From the NCBI GenBank assembly GCA_964106645.2, contig OZ067049.1: DNA of 64,000 nt. The stretch is one strand, 5' to 3'. The notes under the pieces were generated by a model. It was not told the DNA's origin, ran no database searches, and worked only from the letters and a program-made list of their open reading frames with translations. The DNA comes from Podarcis pityusensis (Eukaryota). The position numbers were made by a program, and so were the translations under genes. Shown piece by piece: positions 35,752 through 49,665 of this stretch (position 1 is the stretch's first letter; each line of letters starts with the position of its first letter).

Positions 35752-37239
35752 CTGTGGAATGACAAAAATAAAAGGCAGAAGCCATTAAGTCTGGGATCAG
35801 ATAGGGCTGGGGGACGACTGCAATTCATATTTAATAAAGGGACATTCTTGGGTTGAACCATTGAGAAAAGGCCTGTTTATTAGCTACATAAAGTTGACGC
35901 TCTGTTCCGTTCTGCAGCTGTATTAGCCTGACCTTTATTTGAGGAACATATTTGCATGGAATATTCCAAAATCCCAACATCTTCACTTCGAAGCATCACT
36001 TCAGGCAGTACACCTGAGGCGCTATGCTATGAAATTAAAACCCACAGTGTCCAAACTACTGACTCCCTAGTCAGCAGAATCTGCAGTGCACAAGATCTAG
36101 ATGGACATCGCACAAGCAGTCTCCGAATAATACAATGCTTGGCGCGGGAAGGTTAAGAAGGTTGATGGCAGACTCTCTGTAACCTAACCCAGCTGTGACA
36201 CTGTTCTTGCAACCCAGTTTTGCAACTCAGTTTTAAGAGAGGACATAGGGAGCTTCATCGCTTGTTTCACCCCTGAAGGACATTATGACACCAGGATCTG
36301 AGAAGCCAAATGGGCTCCTGTACATTGACCGAGGTTTTTTTTTTAATCTTAAACTTGGTTTTGCTTTTGTGTGCAGCTTCCTTTTGTTTAAAAATAACAA
36401 AACAGTACCCCAGCGCCTTGGACAACCACTAGTTCATTACATCTTATCACTCGCATCTGGGGTGTGTGTGTTTTAAAATTAACCCCTCTGCTATATTCTC
36501 TCAAGACCTTTCGCTCCTTCATAGCCACACTGGGGTTAATGTTCATAGCCCCCCTCCTTTAATGTTTAAAGGCTTTTTACATTAAATATTGGTGCTATAT
36601 TTCCTTGCAAACACACATACACACAACACGTCCCCATTTGCTGTTACAGCTCATTACAAGGCTATTTTCCTAGGCTTTTGAAGGAGAGGGGGTGAGGAGC
36701 AAGAAAAATCTACATTAAAAAAATAAAACCAGGCAGTGACAGGTTGAATAGCAATTGTAAGTAGCAAACTGTTGGGCAGAAGGCAACACATACTTGCCAC
36801 ATTGTCTTAGGAAAATGGCTTCCTTTAGACAAAAAAAGGCCAGCTTTAGGTTAATCTGTTGCTTTAACTATATTGCTACAGTGCAGGCAGCTAGTTTTTC
36901 TGCTAAACGCTATTCCCGGGCAATCGTTAAAAAACTGGGATGGCTTTGAATCCAAGTTTCTAACTAGGCTTCTGGGGCAACACATGGCTTTTATAAAAAA
37001 AAATCCAAAAAAAGAGAGAAGAAAAATAATCACAGGATTACATGGATATCAAAGGACTCAGAAATCCCCTTTTGGGTGCATTTACAGGCGCAAAACGTGC
37101 GTTATTATATTTTCAAGAGTTTGACCACAGAGCCTTTCTCTCCCCAACATCCTCTCTCTCTCTCTTTATTCTTTTTTTATGATTTAAGGGGGGGGGGGAC
37201 TTTTCCTTTTTTTTCTTTTTTTGTTTTAAAAAGGCATCC

Positions 37240-37440
37240 ATTGGCCGGTGGGTATTTCACGGCCAATTTCAGTCCCCGCCACGTGATCTCTCCTTTTATA
37301 ACAAAGTTTTGTTGGGGGAAATCTACAGGCCCTTCCATAAACCTTATATGCTTATAAAACAGCATATAAAAATTTAACAGCGGCGGTGCGCTAAGATTTC
37401 CAAGTCCGCTTCATAAAAGCGCCAGGGCGCTGCCTTTATA
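37240..37440. promoter_or_regulatory. HOXA11 intronic enhancer candidate (HOX13-type sites; driver of antisense transcription)
   Basis: CCAAT, CACGTG and about six Abd-B/HOX13-type cores (TTTTATAA, CCATAAA, TTATAAAA, ATATAAAA, TCATAAAA, TTTATAC) within 200 bp. A HOX13-dependent intronic enhancer driving Hoxa11 antisense RNA is established in mouse. Confidence 0.65.
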
Positions 37441-37445
37441 CGTAC

Positions 37446-38220
37446 TGGAGCTGCTGGATTTCTCCTCATTGTTGCCGGAAGACGAAGCCGGGCTGCTGCT
37501 GCTCTCCGTCCGCCGCCGCCGCTCCTTCTCCTCCGCAGCCGAGGCCGCGGCGCTCGCGGCAGCCGCCGCCGCCGCCGCTGATGCCGCGTCCCTGGCGCAG
37601 CTCCCGTCCGAACTTGACGTTGCGCCGACGGCGGCGGCGGCGGCCGGCCCCGGAGCGGCTCCCCCTCCCGGGGGCATCTTCTCCCCGTTCTTCTCGCCTG
37701 CATAGTCCGAGTGGCTGTCGGCCGTGCCATAAGCCGTCTCGAAGAACTGGTCGAAAGCCTGCGGGAGCACCCCGTTCCTGCCCACGGTGCTATAGAAATT
37801 GGAGGAGACGCTGGCGGCGGCGGCGGTGGCTGTCGTAGCCGGGTGGTGGCCGTGATAGACGGCGGCGGTGTTTTTCCCGAACATCTCGCTCATGCTGGCG
37901 GCAGCGGCGGCGGCGGCGGCCGTGTTGGCGGCGGCGGGCAGGCAGTCTCTGTGCATGATCTCCTCGGCCGAGTAGCAATGCGGGAGGTTGTTCCTGTGGT
38001 GCCATTTACTAGCCGGATCAATGGCATACTCGCGGAAGGTGACTTCCCGCACGGGTTGGACCTGGGGTAGGTTGGAGGAGTAGGAGTATGTCATGGGGCG
38101 AGAAGACGGGGTCTGGGGCAGGAAAGAAGGGAGGCTGGAGAAATCAGGACCCGACACGTAGTACGTGCAACTTGGCAAATACATATTAGACGAGCAAGGG
38201 ACACGCTCATCAAAATCCAT
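37446..38220 (-). CDS. HOXA11: HOXA11 exon 1
   Basis: [67 protein letters not shown]. Donor A|GTACGT at 37445. Spliced CDS 775+233=1008 nt, 335 aa. Extra in-frame ATGs at 38223 and 38247. Confidence 0.96.
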
Positions 38221-38227
38221 CATTAGG

Positions 38228-38263
38228 CTACCTCGGGCTCTCCGCATTAGCCGAGCTTAACAT
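38228..38263 (-). other. HOXA11 u[14 protein letters not shown]
   Basis: Read directly. It ends 4 nt before the ATGATG start. Confidence 0.55.
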
Positions 38264-38368
38264 GATTCTCTAATGCAGCTGCCTCTTTGAAGCAGATCCG
38301 TGAAGTAAGAAATTTGGAGACGTAAAGCTGACGTGGAAATCTATCCCCATCCTTAGCAGGGAGGCGCT

Positions 38369-38380
38369 GGTCACGTGACC
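38369..38380. promoter_or_regulatory. Perfect palindromic E-box GGTCACGTGACC in the HOXA11 promoter
   Basis: USF/TFE consensus about 150 bp upstream of the ATG. Confidence 0.7.
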
Positions 38381-39830
38381 AAATGTTGAAATTGACAAGC
38401 TGCGAGTATGGGCCCTCTCTCCTTCTCTCCCTCCCTCCTGTTCCCCCCCCCCCGCTTTTCCCGCCCCCTCCTCTTTTGTAGCCATCTCAAGGGAAGCAAC
38501 AGATCGTCACTTTTGGTCTTCTGGCTAAAAAGCACGAGATCTAAAGTGCAACTCACGCGGGCCTCGTGGACAGTAAGGAGGACAGAAAAGACTGCTGGCC
38601 TCTGTCCGGCTCTCCTTCTTTCTTTCTCTTTCTTCCTTTCTTCCTTCCTTCCTTCCTCGCTCTCTCTCTCGGCCCGCAGCCCTTCTCTTCCCACCCGCGC
38701 GCGCAATCAAGCTATCTTGAGCCTATTAGCCCGCTGAAGTGCCCACGGATCTCTCTCCCTCTCCCCCGCACCATCTCTTCCCTTCCACCCCCACCCCTTT
38801 AAAAGCACGCTGAGTCGCTTTCATGAGATGCCGTGTAATCTCCTAATTCTGCCCAGATCTTGGCTTCTGGGAAGCGCTGCTCCGCAAGCGACGGGGTCCT
38901 TGGGAAGGGCTCCTCCGGAAGGTACTCGCCCAGCCCTGCAGGGGTTTTTGTTTTTCTGTCTCTCCGAAGGCATGGTCGGGGAAGAATGTGCCAGGGCCAA
39001 GTCTGTACTGATTTTCATGGTGAATGGATGACATGCTCGCGTTCATGTTCGACTTCCGAAGGCGCTTAAACGCCTTCCTTTCCTACGTACTAACCTCAGA
39101 GAGCCTGGGCTGCTTCATCCTAGCTCTGCTCTAGGCATTTCACGGTCTTTTATGCTCCCTTAACAAGGCTTTTCCTCTCCGTTCCCCGCACACACACACC
39201 CTCCCCATCCCCGGCCTCCTCTCGCTTTGAAACCCCAGTTGCTCGATTATTTTTATTTTTGTCCATTATTACATGCAATGCCAGGACGTCTTTGGATTGC
39301 AACCCATCAGGTGAAAGAGCAGCAAGCGACCTAAGGGCAGCTGCCTACCTGAGAAACCCACAGCGAGGTTGGATGAGCCCTAGGCGCGCGCCCCTCCCCA
39401 TCCTGAAAGGTGTTCCTCGGAAGTAAGTGCCGTTCATTGCAAGGGACTCGTGAGGAGCATTAGAATTCCAACGGGTGAGCCGCAGCAAGAAAGAGTCTTG
39501 CGGCACCTCTATGGCCAACGCGTTTCCATGATGGCACAAACTGGCGTGGACTGGAATCATTTGGTCAGAAGCACCAAGCCAGACATATATCTGCGAGCAA
39601 GAAGTATGCAAAATTAGCAGGGACAGGAGGCAGACGAGCCAGGATTTCGGCGGGTCTGAATTTCAGCGTTAACGTTTAACTGCTTAGTGGCTCTATACTG
39701 TATAGCACTAACCCCAGTCTGCAGAAAGACCTCTTTTTTTAAAGCTTTGACTATAGTCGGAGGAAAGGCGGCCTTATAGAGAGGAAGACTGTATAGAGAA
39801 GTGATCAGGGTTGGAAGCCCACTCCACCGA

Positions 39831-39890
39831 TTCAGGATTTAGGCTCATTGAACTCAGTGGAGCTTACTTCCGAGGAAGCATGCGCAGGAA
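39831..39890. mobile_element. Partial palindromic MITE-like copy
   Basis: ggctcattgaactcagtggagcttacttccgaggaagcatgcgcagga. Confidence 0.6.
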
Positions 39891-42800
39891 AAAAAGGCAA
39901 CTGGCTGTGTTTAGAAGTAGCGTCCACACCCAAGAGTAAAAGGAAACCAGGTGGAAGTGCTGCTGGTGGTGTGTGTCTGTGTGTGGAATAATCCTGCCAA
40001 GCGACAGGAAAACCTACAGCAACCATGTCCCACCCTTTCCTATGTGTACCCTCTTAATATGCTTAATTTTAGGAAGATCCGTGTTTTGGCTGGATCTGAT
40101 TATAGCGGGGGGCAGGGTGGGGAAAACAGAACTACCACAAGGCCACAGATAACTCACTATGAAATTGGTGTAAAAAGAAAACCCCGCGCACATATCATTC
40201 CAGGGGATGTCATGATCTCTTGGGGGTAACTTTTTTTTTTAAAGGGAGGGAGAAATCCTTTTTTAAATTGCTGTTTTACCACCCACCCACCCACGTAACT
40301 TCTTTTTTTTTAATACACCAGAAGCTCAAAGTTCTACTGTACATGCTGGAGATCCGGGGATTTGAATGTCAAGATCGATTTGTTTATTTATTGCTGAACT
40401 TATCGTAACTGACTCAATAACAAATCTAATCATGTTGGGTCCTGGGAGGAGAAAAAAATCCTCATTATGTATTTTCTCTGCGTTCGATTTAACTGTATAC
40501 GAAGCTGCAAATATCAATAATATCTAGTAATTACTTTGTAGCGGAGTAAACTAATTTATTAACATTAATGTTTATATGCCTTTTACCTCGCTCTTTCTCT
40601 GGCTCCCTATTTTCTTTTCTCTCCCCCCCACCCTCCCCTCTTCTTTTTCTTCTTATTTTACAAGGGTTACCAATCACAAATCAAACGCTTTGGACATATC
40701 CCTTTAATGAACTCTTTATTTTGGATCGCTGGAATAACTTTTATGGGCCTTCAACGGTTGTGAGCTGAACTTGAAATTATTAATTAATCTCCCTCCTTGT
40801 CGCATTTGCCAAGAGAGTGGATGGAAATAAGAGATAAGCGTGTCATCAAAGGGCTAGTTACAGATTGCTTGGGTCTGTGTGGGACTATAAAACTGTTTTA
40901 TTTCTTTTCTTTTAGAGTGGGGGGGGGGGTGAGGTGCAGAAATATGCAACACTGATGCTTGCCAAATTGGCCTTAACGACAGCCTTTTGATTTTATTTTC
41001 CCTCCGTCCCGAATAAAACAAGGTATCTGAGAATTGTATCTAGCTTACATTTGTACCGTATATACATATGGTAGAAAATACATAATGAAGATCCCCAGCC
41101 CCAGGACCCAAACCATATATATGTATGAAAAGATTGCTTGATTCCTTTCCCTTCCAACTGGACAAGAGTGGATTTCTGAAGGCTCCCCCCTTTTCCTCCC
41201 CAGTGATAACAAAGGCGCCACCATTGCCCAGACTCGCTCCTCCTCTCCTGCCTTAGCAAACAACTTTCTTGCACTTGTATGGAGGGTGGGGGGGCGGGGG
41301 CTTTTACAGGCTCTCATTGAACCCGGCGCGTCTAGGAGAACCGAAAACAGTTCTAGACTGGCCTGGGGTTTTATGGCACTTTTGGCAGTCAACTTCAGCT
41401 TGTCTCTGAGCGGACATGCCAGATCCGACCGACTGAAAGCCAGGAGACAGACAACCACCTACACGGATTTCCCCCCCTTCCCGCCTCGCTGGTTTCAATA
41501 AGTCTGCTGCAGCCTTAGGTGAAAAGGGGGCAGGTTTGGAAGCCCAAGGTTTGTTGTTCGGAAGGACTCCAGGTCCTTTAGGTGACCGAGAGCCTTGCAT
41601 GTTCAAATCCTTTCAGACAAAGGGGAAATTAAGATGGGGCGGCGAGGAGGATATAGGATGAAGGAAGCCTGTCCAGTTGTCTGCACCTTCAGCCATCTCC
41701 TGTCTGGCTTGGGATATTAGTGATGGGTTTTCGTTTTTCGGAAATGAATTAGATACTCGGAGATTTGGGGGCAGTTGCATTTTTGTGCAAAGGAAGAGGT
41801 GGCGGTGTGTGTGGTGGAGGAGGGGTGGGGGACACACACTATGCATTGACTCCTGGCAACCGCTTACATTTGTGAAGCCATTAAAGGCTATTATGCAAAG
41901 GGACAAGACTTAAGGGTGCCGCTAGTCTCAGAATTAGTAGGCACCCAAGGCACACTTATCTCTGCTTTATTTGCTGCTAAGTGATAGGCCGCTAATGTGT
42001 GCCTCCAACTCCTCCAAATGGGCCCTCAGTTATGGTGAGCCTGCTGTTAAGGTGGCTATTTTGGGGGCTTATTTGTTTGCTCTCCTTTTTTCAAAAAGCC
42101 TCCCCCTTGAATGCAATATCCTCGACTTCCTCTGCTGAGATTCGGTAGGAGGAGGGAAAAGGAGCTGAGGATCATCCCCTGAGCCTGCGCCATCCCCACA
42201 ATTCACCTTGAGCGAAAGCCACGTAGATACCACGGAGGTGTTTAGTTTGGGGTTAGAAACCGAGGGTCTCAATTTAAGGATTTAAGGATTCAGTGCACGT
42301 AAGTGGGGGAAATAGGAAAACACATGCCTCCACTAAACGAGGAAGAACGGTTTCCATTCCGGAAGATTATAGGCTTTCTCTTCGTCGCTGTAACGAGCAC
42401 AAGAATAAAGATTCGAAATGCTCCCTTTGTTCTCTAAAGACCTCGCTTTATTATATGTTAAATGCCTCTTCGCTTTCTTACCTATAAATTGTCTAGTATG
42501 GTTATATGCCAGGCGCCCGTCGCTCAGATGTACACGATATTATAGAGAACGGTTGCTTCTTTACGGGTATATATTTGGCAGATGTTTGTGAAAATTCGCT
42601 TATCACGTCTTTTTCTTAATGTATAATGTGTTTTGCCATTGGGCCCATGCTGTACAATTTTATTTTATTTTCAACTGATCTCCTTCAGTTCAGATGTACA
42701 GCGGTACATGTCGCTGAACTTAAATGGGATTTAGGTCTGCGGCATTTGTCATGTTACTGTGGGTATATGCCCTCTATTAGCTAGGTAGGTTGCATATGGC

Positions 42801-45302
42801 ACCTAAATGGACAATCAGGAGAGATGCTGGTTTGGGGTTATCGATGCTGCAAGTGACTCCTGGCTTTTAATTTTCCATTACTTAAAACAAAAGCAGCTAT
42901 GTAAACGAAGTTTCATTGCTGTAGAACCATTTATAAACTATGCTTATAAATGTATTCTGTCCCATTGGCCATTATTTTCCCTCTATTTGCTGTTCTTAAA
43001 TGCACACTTGCTGTTATAGAAATGGCCTACAAATACATAAATAAATTCACAGGGCATGAACCAGAAAAAATTAAGCATTTTCATTCTCCCTTATTTCAAT
43101 GGTGAGAGATTTTCTCCTGTTTTCTGCTACTGAACTCAGTGGGGTTTAGAATCACTTGTACACTGGATCATGTCCCTGGAAGCAATTATTAGGAATATTG
43201 AAAATAAATATATGTTTAAAACAGTATTTCGGTTGTATTTCCCTAACAGTGAATGGATATTAACAAAATACAAATTGTGGAACAAGGTGCTGTTTTTTCT
43301 TGCAATTTGACCTAGAGATACTGGTGTCAGTATTTACGTTAGAAATTAAAGCAAATGCATTTGAAAACGTATTTTTGTTGCCTGATGAGATGGCGCTAAC
43401 TGATTCCGACCCTATACATATTTGATTAGAAATAAAGTATGGGCCCGATCCTATCTAAAACTGGAAGTGTTTCATTGACATCGGAAATCATGGCTAGGTT
43501 AAAGTTAAGGGTTTTTAGTTGCCATTAGTTTAAGCAAGAAAGATTGACTTTCCTAATTAAGATTATTACAACCCGCCTAAGTTACTTTCCCTATCTTAAA
43601 CTGCGTTTGCTTCCAAGCAAGCCCCATCGCTTTCCACGAAATCTGCTTCCAAGTAAGTACCCTTGGAGCTATGAACAGAATGTTACATGTGCTTTCAAGA
43701 TACGAATACACCGCTTACAGACGGCAGTCGTAGATGTGAATTTTCTGTATGCCTTTCGTCCACCTCAGTGCAGCGTTCGTTTCATTATAGCACTCAGCAA
43801 CAGCTTCTGTGATAGACAGGGCGACTGTACTGTACACTTCATAGCGTTGCATAAGCATTTGCAAAAAAACCTGAGGTATTCCTTTAGGTGTTGCAGTCAG
43901 TGTTTCTGTAACCGACTGGCCGGAGAAGGAGCCACATATTCATGCTCTTGTGCTTTGCGTGTGCATTCTGGCGTGTACATTTATTTGACCACTCTCCTTC
44001 CCCCACTAAATGAAAATATGGGCAGCGCACACAATTACAGGATTCACAAGACTTCTTTTGAGTCCCAATACATAAAGCGTCCAGATGCAAGGTTCTCAAG
44101 GTGTTTAGAGCAGCTAACTTGGTTTGAGAAGAAAAAGCAGGAGCGTGAGGGGTGGAAAGGTCTGCACGTTCCCTAATGGACAAAACACACCCGGTTCATA
44201 TCCGCGAAATCCCTAACAAATCAGCCATTGCAGAACGTAATAAGCACCAGCCGGTTAAACCACAGCACTGTAGCTACTACCAAGGAATTTATATTTCTAG
44301 CATTTTTTCCTTCAAGGTTGCGTCTGGATCTGTCCCAGCAGATCTGCTGCTTCAAGAGAGTAAAACACACGGACACCGCTCTTGTAAATTTCAAATACAT
44401 AATACCCTCTGACATCCTAATGAGAAGTCCAGCCACGGATTCTGAACCTGGTGGTTTTTCCTAAAGACCGTGAGGTCAATGTCTGGTCTGCAAAGCAGAC
44501 CATTCCCGTTTATAAACAACCAAAACAACCGCAGGACAACATTTCAAGTTTGACATATTTAGACGTATTGTCACAGGTGATGCCTTGAACTTGACCTTAA
44601 GTTTGTTAATCAACAAAATCCACGAAAATAAAACATTTTAATGCAATGATCGTGCTCTGTTTCATTCTTTACTTAATGGATGAAAAACCGTTCAATTTCT
44701 TTCATTTCTCTATTCCCAGCATTGAAAATTTATTTCTTGTTCAAGACTGTATATTTGAGCAAACATTTTTTTATTTCATTATACCTGTTGTACCTTCAGT
44801 GATTTCACTAATATTGTTCTTTGGATACAGAAAAGTAATTTGATAAAGGGTTATTATTTTAATCACCTGTTAGGTACAATAAGTACAATAACATATATGC
44901 TTTTTTAACTCCCCACATGGGAGGTAAAATATATGCTTTTAAACAACTATAGAATTAGTACGACCTATTATAACAACATTTTGTTCCAATAAGAAAACGT
45001 TTATTATTTTCCCTAAATCACCAAGTGACGACACAAAGCTTCTCATTATTCTGTGCTGCAAACTCACTGTAAAAGTCATTCTTGATAATCGCCATATTCA
45101 CCTAACATACAATATTTCTCGTCTCCAGAGTTTCTCGGTAGCTTCGGAATACGAACTTCAGATTTTTGAAGGCCTTCAAACAAACAAATTGCCTGCGTTT
45201 TTGCAATGCTACTCTGCAATACTGGACAAAAAAGCGAACCACGGACCATTTAAGCTGTAGTAGAAGGGAATAAGACAACTGTATTCTCATTGGGCCTCGT
45301 CG

Positions 45303-45393
45303 TCCCGCAATCCTAGGAGCTTTGACTTGAGACTAAGGTTCCATTCATCTCACTGTAACTTAATTATGGGTAAACGTGGTTAAGATAGGACTG
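45303..45393. mobile_element. Degenerate palindromic MITE-like copy
   Basis: gcaatcctagg...gactaaggttccattcatctcactgtaacttaattatgggtaaacgtggttaagatagg. Confidence 0.5.
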
Positions 45394-45961
45394 AATATCA
45401 TTTTCGCACTACACTGATTAAATATACATTCGCTGCTCACAGAATACTATTATTATAGGAAGGGGCAGAAGGGAGGAGCATTTATTTCCCGAAGAACCAA
45501 AGCAAAGCTGCGTGACTGCGAATATTTAGTATGGCCGTAAGGTCCATTTCTGCACCATTTGCATCGTCTTCACCAGAAAGGAGCATGAACATATTGATAA
45601 CCAGAATGGGAAGGAATCTTAACCCCACTGCGAGTCTAATATGTTGGAGAACCTTCTTCTACAGTACCCGCACCAGGAACAGAAGGGGGAAAGCGCAGGG
45701 GTTTTTTGGGTGGGTGTTATAGAATACGCTTTTCCCACGGGGGTCAAGCAAGGATGATAGTGAATAGAGGGGTCTACTGGGGGGGGGCTCTTGTCCCACT
45801 CTGGCCCCGCCTATGCTCTTCTGCATCGTTTGCATCAAGACTGCCTCAGTAATGCCCCGAAAAATAATAATAGCCAGAATAAACTCGTTCGAATGAGCTG
45901 CAGGGCCGGAGAAAATAGTTATAGCCCTTTAGCTGCATTGAGGTTGAACTGTATCTGTATC

Positions 45962-46004
<43 letters not shown>

Positions 46005-49000
46005 TGGTATTATTTGCATCAATAATGAGAGAGTGGGCGGGAACAATAACAAGCAGAATAAATAGGTTAACAATAAGGGCGAGTAATAATTACTCTGTAG
46101 TGCCCTGGGTTTGAACTGGATTGATAATCCTGTCTTTGCATCAGCAACGAGCGGAAAAATAGCAGCCAGGAGAAATTGGCTAAAAATACACACGGAGGGG
46201 CAGCGCCCTCATCTAACATTTCCTCAACCCTGTCCCTATCTCCACACAGCTGTCCACCCTAGTGGGTCTCCTTGTTGCGGTAAACCTTATTTATATTTAG
46301 TCACACGCAATCCATTAATTTAGGGAAAAAACCAAGGCGTCTTCGATTGCCATCTAAATCTTCCCTGAGGCATCCCTCGCCCAAGTCCAGGGTCGGATAA
46401 AAAAGGCTTTTAAACCACGAGGTACCCCCACGAGGATATTTCTGATGTTCCAAATACTCAAAATGGAAGACGGCTTAAGCAGAACTATAGAAAGCGGGGC
46501 TGTTCCCTGTTGTGCCTAGGAATGCTGTCCCAAAGATAAATAATTGTAATAAAAGCTGTGTTAATAAATCCATGCACACATTACGAAAGCTTCTTATTTG
46601 ACGGCAAATAGATTTTTGGACGGCGTGAGGAGAGGGAGGTGGGACTTCCAGAAATTGCACCTCGAATTGTGGCGTGAATAAAATTGCAGGCGAATTGCAG
46701 GCGAATGTTACTTCCCTCTTTCCAGATAATAAACACTTCGTTATGCTGTAAATGGGGTTTTTTTTGGGGGGGTGGTAAGGAGGGGGGCGGTTAGTAAAAA
46801 GAAATATGTTGGTGCTTTTCCAAATATTATCTATATCTAATCTATATTCATCGATAGACAGATACATATGAAACGTCAAAGCCGAGGGGTGGTGAAAAAA
46901 TAACGGCTTTGGGGTGAAGGTGTGGGAATAATACTGTAATACATCCCACAAAAGGAAAGACAGAAACTCATAGAAAGACAATTTAGACGACACCGATCGC
47001 AGGCACGCATTCAGCAGCGGCACCAGAAATTTTATGAATACATACATATTCATATTCACATGGCATTGCCACGGGCGTGGAGATTATCAGAATAATCTTA
47101 CCCCATTCTCCAAGATCCAGTCTACCGGCGCAAAACATCAAAGAGGAACTGGACAAGCAGGTTTCGGATCTCGCCTCTAAAGCTCCAGATCAACTCGGAT
47201 TTTAAAGGAGGGGGGAAACCGGGAGAGCCGGTATGCTAATAAAGCTGGATTGAGGCCGGCTGATCTAGACCCCCTCCGGGTTTTGAATCATCCGACGATC
47301 GGGAAGCAGAGCCCTTAAGGTTCGTCTGCTTCTTCTCGTTACGAACTTGAGCCAGAACATGCGCCCAACATCTCACGCTGACTTCTCCTCCTCTCAGATC
47401 CCGCTGCTTAAAGTTCCGATGGAGATGATCAGGCCAACGAAAGTGAGGGAACGGGACTCAAGGGCGGTGGAATCCCATACGTGTCCTCCCCCCACTAGTC
47501 CCACCAGAGGGAAAGTCCAAATGTTTTTGATGGCGGGACACCCTGACGTTCCCTCCCCAATTCACCATGGGTCACCGTACAGTAATGACCGTGGTTTGTG
47601 CGTTGTAGGACTTGACCTTTACTACGTCGAAGAGGGGCTCTTTCTTTCACGCTGCATGAGGAGATGAGGGAGGGAGGGAGGGAGGGAGAGGGGGCGGAGG
47701 AAAAGATGCGCTCTTCGGGGATCTTTAATCGGAAATCAGAAGCAAGAGCGGCAAAAGCCACGGGCTTTTTCCTGCACGCCATATTTGGTCTATTTCGCCA
47801 GCGAAAGACAGCCAGGACCGTTTCCTCCCCGGAGCTTGGAGTTAAAGAATTAAACGTATGCAACGCAGAAATGGGTGTGTGGGGGGGGGGGGGGAATATC
47901 CGGGAAAGACTTCTGCTTCCCTACAAAACTAAAACGAAACGAAATCTATCCTCGTCAATAGATTAGAAACATCCACTTTCATTATTGACGCGCCTTTCCC
48001 CTTCCTCCCCCCCACCCCCACCTATCATAAAACAACCAGTGGGGTCTTGGGGAGGGAGGGAAGGAGGGAGAGAATCCAGGAGCAAAGTGTGTGTGTGTGC
48101 GTGCGCAGGCGAGGGGAGGGCGTTAAAGAGAAAGCGACACAATTTATCTCGGACCTTCACAGATCGCTCGAGCTCCATTCAAATCTGCGGGACAATCTTT
48201 CAGTACCGCAGAATGAGCGGCTGGAAACTATTATCCACGATTCTGCTTTTCCCCTGTGCCTAAGAGGCTCTCCCCCTCCCCGCACTGCTCAGGAAGCCCG
48301 TGTTTTCCATTTGTCCGGATCCAACAAACTCAGGCTCTTTAGGTCTTCCTCACGTTAAAAAAATAGTTACTCGTCTCCATTTGCAGAGGGATTTAGATAC
48401 TGAAACGTATTCCAGTTAACACACACTGATGCCATTTTAAAAACCAAATTTTTAAAAACACTCACTGACATTTAACTTTCATTTACAGTTGGGCCCTAAA
48501 ATAGTTGACCGATATATATATTTCTAGAAATCTAAGTCTTTTCCTGGATAGCACAAGCTATTTATATCCCAATCATTGCAATCTGAAGCACTAAGCGCTT
48601 GGTGTTTTGAAACGGAAGTATGTTCGAGGGAAGAAATGGCCTAAGTTATAGACTCGCAGTATTACTTTAATTCTGATTAGGAAACACACTGCTGTCAAAT
48701 TTTATTTCCTGTTGAGAAAAACACATTTGTTGCTGCCAGCAATTTGAGAGGTTAGAATGCGGATTATATTCTGGAGTCCTATATATATTCCTTCTACTTT
48801 AGGTGATTATGTAGAGCTTGCAGTTGAACGTGATGCACCTCTAACTTTTCCAGGATTGGCACCATCTGAGTTTACAGTTAATCTTACTTCGCCGTTCCCT
48901 ACCGCCATTAAAAGTCAATATGCATAAACGCTAATCATTTCCCCACATTACTGTATTTCCTAGTTAGGGACAAAGTTTAATACCCAAGGTGGTTAGGAAT

Positions 49001-49665
49001 GTTTCCGTTTTGGAGGAAGAAGAAAAGGTGTGTGTGTGTGTGTGGAGCGCAGTATATACTCACAGACCCCCCCCCCCATGCAAAACGCAACGATTTAGGA
49101 AGGGAAGTTTCTTAAAACTATATTGGTGTGTTAAACACGTTTGCTTTGAGAAGTAACGGAGGTTTTCTTATTGAAATTAATACAAAAACCATCCTGGTGT
49201 TTCTATGGCAGAATGAAGCAGGACAAGTGGAAGGGTCCACGTTAGCGCCAGGCTCTTTGGAAAGGCACGAATGCTGCGTGGGAACTCGCAGCGAACTCAA
49301 GGCAGGCATTCGTAGTGGCGGGCGCATTTCATTAGTGATAGATGTTCTTATAAAGCAGATATTACGCATATATTTCAGAACGAAGGCGGCAGATGGGGAG
49401 AGGGGGAGAAATGTGACCCAACAGCAATTTGTAACCTGGAAATATATGTGCCAACAGTTTAGGGGTAAATGAAGGCCATAAATAACAGGCACCACACCCT
49501 ACCGGAACATCTAGGCATTCCTATTACCGAAGCAAAAGAGAATGAATGAGGGGATTTAATGGATGCAAAACCAATAAGAAAATGGAAGTTCATTCTTCAA
49601 GCACAGTTTATCAAGCGGCCTGGTCTCTCCAATCTTGATACAATATAATAGGACATTGCATCTCA

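Noticed and set aside
43381-43400. CTCF-like GATGAGATGGCGCT
   Set aside because: The 5' half of the core mismatches, so the call is weak.
43544-44176. 210-aa plus-strand ORF in the HOXA11-HOXA13 spacer (possible HOXA12 relic or new gene)
   Set aside because: Non-ATG start, no homeobox or recognisable domain, and it overlaps degenerate repeat sequence. HOXA12 is absent from tetrapod clusters.
46475-47059. 194-aa minus-strand ORF
   Set aside because: Low-complexity composition with no domain or splice support.
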